Shown one piece after another: positions 9,948 through 18,288 of a stretch of DNA of 64,000 nucleotides. Each line of letters starts with the position of its first letter. Positions within the stretch are counted from its first letter, which is position 1. The position numbers and the translations under genes are program-made. This stretch comes from an uncultured Nitrospirales bacterium (lineage in GTDB: Bacteria > Nitrospirota > Nitrospiria > Nitrospirales > NS-4): assembly GCA_964472655.1 (NCBI GenBank), contig CAYYLQ010000007.1, positions 30,479 to 94,478 of the forward strand. The letters are read 5' to 3'. Below the pieces are notes generated by a model. The model searched no databases, was not told the origin of the DNA, and saw only the letters and a list, made by a program, of their open reading frames with translations.

Positions 9948-11003
9948 TCAGCGTCCTACCACATCAGGGCGATTGATTAGCTTCTCGACCGGAATGAAGG
10001 CATCACCCATCTTCTCCAACACGCGATGGGTTTTCCTGGGGAGATAACAGTGTTTGCAGGGTTCCAAAAGTTCAACGCCACGATGCTGCAGATGAATAGC
10101 ACGCGCCTCCGCCATCCGCGGTCCATGCCAAACGTCGTACAGTGAATCTTTATTGGCGTCTCCAAGCGGGTGCATGCCCATCTCATCATTGGAGCACAGC
10201 AGGATCTTCCCGTCTGATCCGATGACCAGCCGCTGATAGAGAACCGGGCATGTAAAGTTCTCCAGGTATTCAATCTCATCATCTTTCCGCAAATAATCCA
10301 CGAGCGGATTGGACGCAATGTGATCAACGTAAGGCTCAAAGAGATCGTAAAACTCTTGCGCACAATCTTTGATGGATGGCCAGACCGGTTGAATCTTGAT
10401 AACGGGCTTCACAGATCCAGTTTCATCTTTGATGCGTTTGTATGACTTGATCTTCTCCACTGCTTCTTCAAACTTCGCCGGAGCGCGTATCTCTTCATAG
10501 GTCTTGTCCATACCATCGAACGAAATCGTGAGCCAATCCAAACCGGCTTCCATGAGTTCCTTGAACATAAGAGCGTTGAGCCGCAGGCCGTTTGTGAGGG
10601 TCGACACTTCTTTGATCCCTGCCTGCTTGGCGTATCGAGTCATCTCTACAATGTGCTTATTCAAAAACGGCTCGCCTCGGAGACTCAGCCGGATCGAATA
10701 GCATCCATACCTGGCGCACTCGTCCACAATTTTCTTGAAGAGATCAAACGACATGATCTTCTTCTTGACGCTCTGATCGAACTCCTCCGTGATGGTGTAG
10801 CACATCGGGCATGTCATGTCGCACACAGCCGAAAGCTCCACGTCCACGTGGTCGGGAAACCTCGACACCTGGCGCAACCGAGGATAGAAATGCCAAATGA
10901 ACCGATTACTGAGGTATGCCCAAAGATGTCCAGACCCGCGCCTTAAGTGGAACTGGAACCGTTTCCATTGAGACAGGTGAATCTGGTCAGCATTTATTTT
11001 CAT
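9948..11003 (-). CDS. Radical SAM enzyme with C-terminal SPASM/twitch-like Cys cluster
   Basis: CxxxCxxC cluster in AVCDMTCPMCY. C-terminal cysteines occur in FTCPVLYQ...ILLCSNDEMG...EPCKHCYLP. Confidence 0.8.
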   Translation of the reverse strand: MKINADQIHLSQWKRFQFHLRRGSGHLWAYLSNRFIWHFYPRLRQVSRFPDHVDVELSAVCDMTCPMCYTITEEFDQSVKKKIMSFDLFKKIVDECARYGCYSIRLSLRGEPFLNKHIVEMTRYAKQAGIKEVSTLTNGLRLNALMFKELMEAGLDWLTISFDGMDKTYEEIRAPAKFEEAVEKIKSYKRIKDETGSVKPVIKIQPVWPSIKDCAQEFYDLFEPYVDHIASNPLVDYLRKDDEIEYLENFTCPVLYQRLVIGSDGKILLCSNDEMGMHPLGDANKDSLYDVWHGPRMAEARAIHLQHRGVELLEPCKHCYLPRKTHRVLEKMGDAFIPVEKLINRPDVVGR

Positions 11004-11027
11004 CAGACAACTCCAGGGAAATGCAAT

Positions 11028-11972
11028 CTATTTCAAGATATCATCCACCCTATCCCATTCCGCGTCGGCTTTGGCTACTCGAGCCTTGTACCATTCGACG
11101 TATCGTTTTACGCCCTCTTCAAAACTGACTTTCGGTTCCCATCCCAACTCGGTTTTGGCCAACTGACTGGAGACTTCCTTGCCGGAGAAGTCACCGGGGC
11201 GTGCCGGCACGTATTCGATCTTGACGTTGCCGATGACCTTCTGAACAGTCTCGGCAATCTGCTTGATCGTGACTTTTTCGCTTCCGTCCAGGTTGTAAAT
11301 CTTGTTCTTAGCTACGGACTTGAGAGCCAAGACATTACCCTCGGCCAGATCCTCGACATACACGAACTTCCTGAATTGCATGCCGTCCCCAGCGATGGTC
11401 AAAGGCTCGCCACGCATGGCCTTACTCACGAAGATAGGAACCACCGCGCCATCACGAGCGCGCGGACCATAAGGGATGCCGTAGCGCAGAATGGTCACAG
11501 GCAGGTTATACAGTTTGCTGTAAGACTGGCAGTAATACTCTGATGCGATCTTCGTAGCCGTATACAGGTGTGAGGGAGCGTGCAGTGGTGTCTGTTCATC
11601 CACATACTGTTCTGCGACTTCGCTATACACCCAAGTCGTACTCCCATATATGACCCGCTTGATGCTCTTGGCGCGGCGGGCAGCTTCAAGGACATTGATC
11701 GTTCCCCTGACATTGATGGACTCGGAGTAATGCGGATCTTCAAACACATCTTTCACATCGGCCACGGCTGCTAAATGAAAGATGGCCTCGATGCCGCTCA
11801 TCGCCATCTTGAGAGCCTCGAGATCAAGCAGACTGCCGTGATAAAACTCGATATCATCTCGAAAGGAGGGCATCACCATGTCGAAGACCCGGACTTCGAC
11901 GCCTTTATCACGCAGCTTATCCACTACATGCGAGCCGATAAAACCAGATCCGCCTGTCACAAGCACCTTCAT
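11028..11972 (-). CDS. NAD-dependent sugar epimerase/dehydratase (extended SDR, GalE-like)
   Basis: VLVTGGSGFIGSHVVDKL (GxxGxxG) and YxxxK in HLYTATKIASEYY. Confidence 0.85.
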   Translation of the reverse strand: MKVLVTGGSGFIGSHVVDKLRDKGVEVRVFDMVMPSFRDDIEFYHGSLLDLEALKMAMSGIEAIFHLAAVADVKDVFEDPHYSESINVRGTINVLEAARRAKSIKRVIYGSTTWVYSEVAEQYVDEQTPLHAPSHLYTATKIASEYYCQSYSKLYNLPVTILRYGIPYGPRARDGAVVPIFVSKAMRGEPLTIAGDGMQFRKFVYVEDLAEGNVLALKSVAKNKIYNLDGSEKVTIKQIAETVQKVIGNVKIEYVPARPGDFSGKEVSSQLAKTELGWEPKVSFEEGVKRYVEWYKARVAKADAEWDRVDDILK

Positions 11973-11999
11973 CGTCAGCGATCTCCTTCTATGTTGGGT

Positions 12000-12983
12000 T
12001 TAGACTGCAGGATTGTAATAGAGCGGGACGCACCAATGATTCTGTGCGATCCATTCGGCGTTGGGGAACGTCCCGCTTCGTTTCATAATGGAATGGCAGA
12101 GTTTGTCATAGACTTTCCCCGTGGACTTCTCGATCGGCTCGAACACGATGTATTTGTAGTAGCCCGAGACCATCCCGTCAGGAAATCGGACCCGTTTGGC
12201 GAACTTGGGATCCAGGTGCTTCTGGGCGATTTCGTTCTTCCAAGCTGTGATCTCCTCCATGCGATCGACCTGAACGACCCCCAACGCTGCGGTGAACTCG
12301 GACATTCGGTAATTGAGCCCTTCCACATCGTGTTCGAACTTGCCATAGTTCCGGTATTTCTTCGCAAATTCAATAAGTCCGTCGTGCTTGGAAACCAGCA
12401 TGCCGCCTTCGCCTGTAGAAATGGATTTCGTGGCATAGAAGGAATACACGCCCGCATCGCCCCATGAGCCTGGCTTCTTTCCGTTCCACGACGCCCCGTG
12501 CGCGTGCGCGCAGTCCTCCAGCAGGATGATGCCGTTTGATTGACAGAACTCAGCGATGCGCGGCGTGTCATATGCGATATGCCCGCCGATATGGACCAAC
12601 CACACAGCGGCAAGATCATGCTGCTTGGCGGCAGCAGTCACTGCATCATAACTGAGACACAAATCCGTGCGGTTGCAGTCACCGAAGATTATCTCTCCCC
12701 CGGCCTTGACGACCGATAAAGGTGTCGCCATGAAAGTGTTGGTCGGGCACAGGACCTTTTTGCCCTTCAGATTGAAATACTCCATGCAAGCCATCGCCGC
12801 GCCGGCCCAACTGGAGGTTGCCACGGCTGGCAGGCTGTTCCATTTCGCCCACTTCTCTTCAAAGAGCTGGGTATATTTGCCTTCGGCCCACTTTTGGCTG
12901 GCGAAAACGTCATCCCAGTACTCGTACACTCGCTTCTTGTCACGCAAGTCAAAGCCGATCTTGAACGCCTGAAAGTCCATCAC
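12000..12983 (-). CDS. DegT/DnrJ/EryC1/StrS family sugar aminotransferase (short form)
   Basis: PLP-lysine context VYSFYATKSISTGEGGMLVS. At 327 aa it is shorter than typical PseC/LegC-type enzymes. Confidence 0.8.
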   Translation of the reverse strand: MMDFQAFKIGFDLRDKKRVYEYWDDVFASQKWAEGKYTQLFEEKWAKWNSLPAVATSSWAGAAMACMEYFNLKGKKVLCPTNTFMATPLSVVKAGGEIIFGDCNRTDLCLSYDAVTAAAKQHDLAAVWLVHIGGHIAYDTPRIAEFCQSNGIILLEDCAHAHGASWNGKKPGSWGDAGVYSFYATKSISTGEGGMLVSKHDGLIEFAKKYRNYGKFEHDVEGLNYRMSEFTAALGVVQVDRMEEITAWKNEIAQKHLDPKFAKRVRFPDGMVSGYYKYIVFEPIEKSTGKVYDKLCHSIMKRSGTFPNAEWIAQNHWCVPLYYNPAV

Positions 12984-12988
12984 ACCCC

Positions 12989-13516
12989 CTATTGTTTACG
13001 GAATTCATGAGAGATCGGCACCACGTCGGTAGCGTCAATCTCGACTGCGGCAGCTTGTCGGATCAAGTGCACCGAGATGACCAACCGATGGCGCTTCTCC
13101 TTTCGCACCAGGATGCCCCGCACGCCTTCCAGAGGCCCCCGCCGCACCTCAACCATCATCCCCTCGTGCAAGTACGGATGGGAATCATAGCGGAGCGTGC
13201 TCGTCATCAGGCTTCGAATGGCGTCGATCTCTTGGTCGGGGATTGGTTCAGGTCCGTCCCCGCCACGCACGACCTCCACCACGCCGGAAACTTTCTGCAC
13301 GGCCATTCGCTCCTGCCAGGAGAACCGGGCGAAACAGTACCCAGAGAACAGCGGCACCTCGACTTCCTTTTTCCGGTCTTTCCACTGGTTCAGGCGTATG
13401 ACGGTCGGCAACAGCTGCTCAACCCCCTGAGCGGCCAACCGATCCCGCACCTGCTTTTCGTGCCGCGACCGCGTCCGGATGGCATACCATCGTGCAATGT
13501 CGTCGGCCTTAGGCAC
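12989..13516 (-). CDS. NusG paralog (UpxY/RfaH-like operon-specific transcription antiterminator)
   Basis: NGN-domain motifs WYAIRTRSRHEKQV and VPLFSGYCFARF, plus a C-terminal KOW-like GMMVEVRRGPLEGVRGILV. GTG start at 13516 preceded by GAGAGGG. First gene of the nonulosonate operon. Confidence 0.8.
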   Translation of the reverse strand: MPKADDIARWYAIRTRSRHEKQVRDRLAAQGVEQLLPTVIRLNQWKDRKKEVEVPLFSGYCFARFSWQERMAVQKVSGVVEVVRGGDGPEPIPDQEIDAIRSLMTSTLRYDSHPYLHEGMMVEVRRGPLEGVRGILVRKEKRHRLVISVHLIRQAAAVEIDATDVVPISHEFRKQ

Positions 13517-13629
13517 AGCTTCGCCCTCTCACTTACAGTGTGCACAATCTTCCGCCGCCTATTGCCCCGTCCGCGGCCGCCCCGACTAGTGCCGAAGCGT
13601 CCTCAACAGCTCTTTAAAAACCAGTGAAC

Positions 13630-14202
13630 CTACAGCGTTGCGATCTTCTCCCGCGGCACCCCTGCGCGTACGATCCGGGCCTGGATCTTCTTCACCTCTT
13701 CCAAGTCGGTGATCAGTACGGCATCAAAATTCCAACTAGGCAAAGTCTCAACCGGCCACAGGGGGTAGGAGAGGAACGTTCCTTTATCGCCGTCTACAAA
13801 TCCCACGAGGGTCAGGTCCATCTCCCGAAGGGTGAGGTAGGCCAATTCGGCCAGCTCCCCTGTTCCATAAATGACGATCCGCTTGGCGCCGGCCTTGGCG
13901 CGCGCCATCAGGATGACTTTCAGACGTTCCCGCATCTGCCGGTAATACGTCAGGGAATACTGCATGTAGAGGTATGTCAGACGGGATTTCTCAACCATGC
14001 CTTGCGGGGTCAGCAGGTACTTTATGCGGTGGCGGGGAATCGTCGTGACCTTGATGTAACCCTTGCGAGCTAGGCGTTTGAGATACAGGTTGGTCAGACC
14101 GACCGCGACGTCGAGCTTGCCTGCCAGCGAGCGCTGGGTGACGGCGGCGTTCTGCTCGACTTCATTGAGGAGCTGGAGGTCGCGCTGGGCCTGAATATCC
14201 AT
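13630..14202 (-). CDS. Winged-helix transcriptional regulator with C-terminal Rossmann-like domain (Rex-like architecture)
   Basis: N-terminal wHTH NAAVTQRSLAGKLDVAVGLTNLYLKRLARKGYIKV. C-terminal RIVIYGTGELAELAYL...GFVDGD resembles a GxGxxA dinucleotide-binding fold. Confidence 0.65.
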   Translation of the reverse strand: MDIQAQRDLQLLNEVEQNAAVTQRSLAGKLDVAVGLTNLYLKRLARKGYIKVTTIPRHRIKYLLTPQGMVEKSRLTYLYMQYSLTYYRQMRERLKVILMARAKAGAKRIVIYGTGELAELAYLTLREMDLTLVGFVDGDKGTFLSYPLWPVETLPSWNFDAVLITDLEEVKKIQARIVRAGVPREKIATL

Positions 14203-14227
14203 GGGAATCCTGAATTTTCCGACAAGC

Positions 14228-14242
14228 GTTCAAGATTTGAAC
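14228..14242. promoter_or_regulatory. Perfect palindrome GTTCAA-gat-TTGAAC, candidate operator upstream of the wHTH regulator
   Basis: Read directly at nt 14228-14242, 26-40 nt upstream of the regulator ATG (14202) in the 103-nt intergenic gap. Function not demonstrated. Confidence 0.3.
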
Positions 14243-14305
14243 ATACTAGGCTGAACGAGTCAAGGAAAAACTCGACGGGCGGAAACGCTAGGACTTACAG
14301 GGGAT

Positions 14306-15310
14306 TTACGCCAGTCTTTTCCGGAAGTACTCGATGGTGCGCTTGAGCCCTTCGTCGAGGCTCACCTTCGGCTCCCATCCCAGCAGTTCCTTCGCGCGCC
14401 GGATGTCGGGGCAGCGGACCTTCGGATCGTCGGCGGGAAGCGGCTTGAATTCCAGTTGGGTCGGTTTTTCGACCATTACCTGGACCTTTTTCGCGATCTC
14501 CAGCACGTTCAGCTCGTGCGGATTGCCGAGGTTGATCGGCTCGTGCATCGTCTCCCCGGCCGCTTCCCCCTTATAAAGGAAGGATTGCCGGTCGGTTCGC
14601 TGCTCCGGCGTGCGGTCAGAGGGAACCATCAACAGGCGGGTGATGCCCTCCACCAAGTCATCCACATAGCAGAAGCTGCGGGTCTGCGCGCCGGTCCCGA
14701 AGATCGTCAGCGGCTTGCCCTTCAGGGCCTGGACAATGAAGTTCGAGACGACCCGCCCGTCATGGGGCCGCATCCGGGGACCGTAGGTATTGAAGATGCG
14801 TACAATCCGTGTGTCGAGCCCGTGGTACCGATGGTAGGCCATCGTCATGGCCTCGGCGAAGCGCTTGGCCTCGTCGTAAACGCCGCGCGGGCTCATCGGA
14901 TTGACGTTCCCCCAGTAGGACTCCGGCTGGGGCGAGACCAGGGGATCGCCATAGACCTCCGACGTACTGGCCAGGAGGAACCGGGCGTTCTTCGCCTTGG
15001 CGAGCCCCAGAGCCTTGTGAGTGCCCAAAGCACCGACCTTCAAAGTGGCGATGGGGAATTCGAGATAATCCTGCGGGCTCGCGGGGGAGGCAAAGTGCAT
15101 GACCGCATCCAACGTCCCCTCGACAGAGAGATAGTCGCACACGTTGTATTCGATGAAGTTGAACCGCTCATGGCTCAGAAGGTGAACCAAATTGTCCCTT
15201 GACCCCGTGACCAGGTTGTCAATGCAGACCACCTGGTGGCCCATTCCGATCAGGCGATCGCAGAGATGGCTGCCCAGAAAGCCCGCGCCCCCGGTGATCA
15301 ATACGCGCAT
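14306..15310 (-). CDS. uxs: UDP-glucuronate decarboxylase (UDP-xylose synthase)
   Basis: [31 protein letters not shown] (YxxxK), [10 protein letters not shown]...DGRVVSNFI and INLGNP. I start at ATG 15310 (GAGGAG upstream), not the track's 15364, which overlaps the upstream GT2. Confidence 0.85.
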   Translation of the reverse strand: MRVLITGGAGFLGSHLCDRLIGMGHQVVCIDNLVTGSRDNLVHLLSHERFNFIEYNVCDYLSVEGTLDAVMHFASPASPQDYLEFPIATLKVGALGTHKALGLAKAKNARFLLASTSEVYGDPLVSPQPESYWGNVNPMSPRGVYDEAKRFAEAMTMAYHRYHGLDTRIVRIFNTYGPRMRPHDGRVVSNFIVQALKGKPLTIFGTGAQTRSFCYVDDLVEGITRLLMVPSDRTPEQRTDRQSFLYKGEAAGETMHEPINLGNPHELNVLEIAKKVQVMVEKPTQLEFKPLPADDPKVRCPDIRRAKELLGWEPKVSLDEGLKRTIEYFRKRLA

Positions 15311-15326
15311 GATCGCCCTGCACTCC

Positions 15327-16118
15327 TCATTCGATGAGCGCGTGGCCGTACCGGAAGCGCTCATACCGTTCGGTCCATCTCTCTTTCAACCTGGTCCACC
15401 GCCGTTGCAACCAGTTGCCCCGCACCGTCCGTCCCCACTTACGGCGGAAGTGCGCCAGGTTCTGCGTCGGATACAATTTGGATTCCTGCTGCTTCACCGC
15501 GTTCTGCGTAACCATCCCGAAATGATGGATGAAGGCCGACCCCGTCACACCAGTGGTGATGCCGGCCCGTTGTGTCCGCCAGAGGAAATCCACGTCCTCG
15601 CATCCTCCGTAGACAAACCCCTCATCAAACAGCCCGATCCGGTCGAACACATTGCGCCGCACAAGCATACACGCGCCCAGCAATCCAGGCCGCGTTGCCG
15701 TTCGGCAAGCCTCGGTGAATTCAGCAGCATATTTGTCCAGTTCGTAATCGAGGGGCCCCGTGTGCATCGCGGGGCTGACGATGCCGTGTCCGGTCTGCTC
15801 CATAAATTGCAACAGCGCCGGCAGCCATCCCGGCGTCACCACGATGTCGTTGTTCAAGATCCCGATCACCTCGCCCTTGCCGGCTCGGACCCCCTGGTTC
15901 CAGGCCTTGGCGCATCCCAGGTTGGTCGCATTACGAATGACCGTGACGCCGTCCATTCCCTTCAGGTACTCCGGCGTGCCGTCGGTGGAGGCATTGTCCA
16001 CGACGATGATCTCGCCCCCTCTGTCGGGCAGGCGCAGGATGGACTCCAAACACTGCATGGTGTGCACAAGCTGGTTGTACACGGGAATGACGAGGCTGAC
16101 GCGGGACAAAGGGATCAT
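15327..16118 (-). CDS. Glycosyltransferase family 2
   Basis: [21 protein letters not shown] and [12 protein letters not shown]. Start placed at ATG 16118 (ATGA overlap with the upstream stop 16115-16117). Confidence 0.8.
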   Translation of the reverse strand: MIPLSRVSLVIPVYNQLVHTMQCLESILRLPDRGGEIIVVDNASTDGTPEYLKGMDGVTVIRNATNLGCAKAWNQGVRAGKGEVIGILNNDIVVTPGWLPALLQFMEQTGHGIVSPAMHTGPLDYELDKYAAEFTEACRTATRPGLLGACMLVRRNVFDRIGLFDEGFVYGGCEDVDFLWRTQRAGITTGVTGSAFIHHFGMVTQNAVKQQESKLYPTQNLAHFRRKWGRTVRGNWLQRRWTRLKERWTERYERFRYGHALIE

Positions 16119-17269
16119 AACGACACCGACGAAAGGGATGCAGTCTTCTCTCCCAGAAGCAACCCATATGCTGCAATCAGCCGATCCAGCATGATCTTGA
16201 CGGTGAAGTGCGCGGCAACACGGGCCCGTCCTGCTTCGCCGAGTTGCCTGCACCGTGCCGAATCCGGAAGGAGCGACGACACGGCTTTCGCCAACGCGTC
16301 CGGGTCACCGGGGGGGACGAGGATTCCCGTCTCACCATCCTGCGCGACCTCCGGCAGACCACCAGCCGTCGTCGCCACCACCGGCTTACGCATGGCCATG
16401 GCCTCGAGTACCGCGATGCCGAATCCTTCCATCAGGGCCGGATGCACGTACAGGTCCATCGCCGCCAGACAAGGATAGACGGACTCCTGAAAGCCGGCGA
16501 AGTGCACGCGATTCTCCAATTCCAGGTCCCTCACCATCGTCCGCAACCGCATTTCATAGTCGGCATCGCCCGTCCCTACGATCAGGTAATGGACCTGCGG
16601 AAACGTCGCGACAACCTCCGGCAGAGCCCGGAGCATGACGTCATAGCCCTTGCGGGCAAAGAGATTCGCGACGGTGCCGAGCACAAGCGCCTCCGCAGGG
16701 ATGCCAAACCGGCGCCGGATTGTCCGGCCATCCTCGCGATCCGGAACGGCACTGAGATCGATCCCGCTATGGAGGACCTTGAGTCTTTCGGGCAAGACTC
16801 CACCTTTCTCCAAAGATTGCCGGATCTGGTGGGACATTGGAAGCACGAGATCGGTCTTGTCGAGCTCATACCGCCGTACCTTGGGAGGCTCGATTTCCTG
16901 CCGGACGTGCGCAACGATCGGAATTCGCATTCCAGCGACCGCACGCAACGTCTGCGGCACCCACCAGATGTCATTGACGTGAAGCAGCGCGGGCTGAACC
17001 ACCGCGATCACGTCGCGGAGCGCACGGACCGCCGTGGGCCGCTTTAGGTATGCGAAAAGTTTGCGCCAGGGCGGCATGGAGGCAAAGTGTGCCTCGACGC
17101 CGCGTTTTGCCAGTTCCTCTGTCAACGGTCCTGTCCCCGGACATACAACCAGCGGACGGAACCCGCACCGCGGGAGCCGATCCACGATCACCAACAGCTC
17201 GCGTTCGGCGCCGCCGATCTGGGTGATGCCTTGGATGAACAGAACGGTCGCGGCTTCTACTTTCCCCAT
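16115..17269 (-). CDS. Glycosyltransferase family 4 (GT-B, group 1)
   Basis: HPALMEGFGIAVLEAMAMRKPVVATTAGGLPEVAQDGETGILV (EX7E region). Confidence 0.85.
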   Translation of the reverse strand: MGKVEAATVLFIQGITQIGGAERELLVIVDRLPRCGFRPLVVCPGTGPLTEELAKRGVEAHFASMPPWRKLFAYLKRPTAVRALRDVIAVVQPALLHVNDIWWVPQTLRAVAGMRIPIVAHVRQEIEPPKVRRYELDKTDLVLPMSHQIRQSLEKGGVLPERLKVLHSGIDLSAVPDREDGRTIRRRFGIPAEALVLGTVANLFARKGYDVMLRALPEVVATFPQVHYLIVGTGDADYEMRLRTMVRDLELENRVHFAGFQESVYPCLAAMDLYVHPALMEGFGIAVLEAMAMRKPVVATTAGGLPEVAQDGETGILVPPGDPDALAKAVSSLLPDSARCRQLGEAGRARVAAHFTVKIMLDRLIAAYGLLLGEKTASLSSVSL

Positions 17270-18288
17270 CTCTGGAGCCTCTCTCGTACCGCCTGCCAGA
17301 CTTCATCGAGCGTGATGAGCTTCATGCAGTTCTGCTCGCCGCGAAAACAATCCGGATGGAAGCAGACCCGGCAGTCCAAGCCCTTGTAAAATGTGCGGTG
17401 CCCGTCACCCCAGGGGCCCCACACAGCCGGGTCCGAAGGGCCGAACAGGCCGATCACCGGCACCCTTAGCGCCGCCGCCATGTGCATCGGTCCGTTGTCG
17501 TTGCTGACCATCAGCACGGCCCGTTCCAGCACCGCCGCGAGGGCCCGCAGGTTCGTCTTCCCGATGAGACTGCGAAAGGACGTTTTCATCCCGCCAGCGA
17601 TCAGACTTGAGAGGCTTCGCTCCTGGCCTCCGCCGAGGAAGAGTGCCTGAGCTGTGGTCTCGGTCTGGATCAAGTCGGCAAGCGCCGCATAGCGCTCGGC
17701 CGGCCAAGCCTTGAACCACCACCGCGCGCCCGGATGCAGACAGACCAGCGGCCGCGCCCCGTCCACGCCTGCCTCACGCAGCAGACGATCCGCGTCCCGC
17801 CGCGCCTCCGTGGCAACGGTAAGAATCGGCGCGGGGGGCGGGCCGGCCAAGCCTAACGCTTCCATCGCTTGCAAGTGATACCGCACGGTGTGCATTCCGA
17901 ACCGGTCGGCGGCCACGACCTGCGTATAGAGGACGCCGCGCCAGCGGGCTTCGCTGTTGTAGCCGAGGCGGACCGGCGCGCCGGAGAGCCAACTCAGCAG
18001 CGCGGACCGATCCCCGTCGGTCAGATCGATCACCAGATCAAACCGCCGCCGGCGAAGGTCCTGTACAAAGCGCCACTGCCAGGCGAGGTTGCCGCGCTCC
18101 AGAACCAACACCTCGTCAAGCGCCGGGTAGTCCCGCACAACGTCGTCGGTGCAGGGATTCACCAGTATGGCCAGGTGCGCCTTGGGAAAGGCTTCCCGCA
18201 GCCGGCTCACGACCGGCGTCGCCAGGAGTACATCCCCGACGTACCGCAGTTTGATGACCAGAATCCGGTCGGGAGTCCGCGCGAGCAT
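17257..18288 (-). CDS. Glycosyltransferase family 9 (LPS heptosyltransferase-like)
   Basis: RILVIKLRYVGDVLLATPV and VSNDNGPMHMAAALRVPVIGLFGPSDP. Confidence 0.85.
   Translation of the reverse strand: MLARTPDRILVIKLRYVGDVLLATPVVSRLREAFPKAHLAILVNPCTDDVVRDYPALDEVLVLERGNLAWQWRFVQDLRRRRFDLVIDLTDGDRSALLSWLSGAPVRLGYNSEARWRGVLYTQVVAADRFGMHTVRYHLQAMEALGLAGPPPAPILTVATEARRDADRLLREAGVDGARPLVCLHPGARWWFKAWPAERYAALADLIQTETTAQALFLGGGQERSLSSLIAGGMKTSFRSLIGKTNLRALAAVLERAVLMVSNDNGPMHMAAALRVPVIGLFGPSDPAVWGPWGDGHRTFYKGLDCRVCFHPDCFRGEQNCMKLITLDEVWQAVRERLQRWGK

Noticed and set aside
13552-13559. ops-like GGCGGCGG core in the leader of the NusG-paralog operon (minus strand).
   Set aside because: It matches only about 6 of 10 specified positions of the E. 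coli RfaH ops element GGCGGTAGnnTG. GC-rich octamers are common in this genome, and the NusG paralog is not known to be RfaH-type.
12992-13627. 211-aa plus-strand ORF in the regulatory region.
   Set aside because: It is antisense to the NusG-paralog gene, which has clear NGN/KOW motifs. It has a Pro/His/Leu-rich composition and no start context.
14262-14282. Small stem-loop cgagt-caaggaaaa-actcg after the uxs stop, considered as a terminator.
   Set aside because: The stem is only 5 bp, has no GC-rich core and is not followed by a U-tract on the minus strand. That is insufficient to call an intrinsic terminator.
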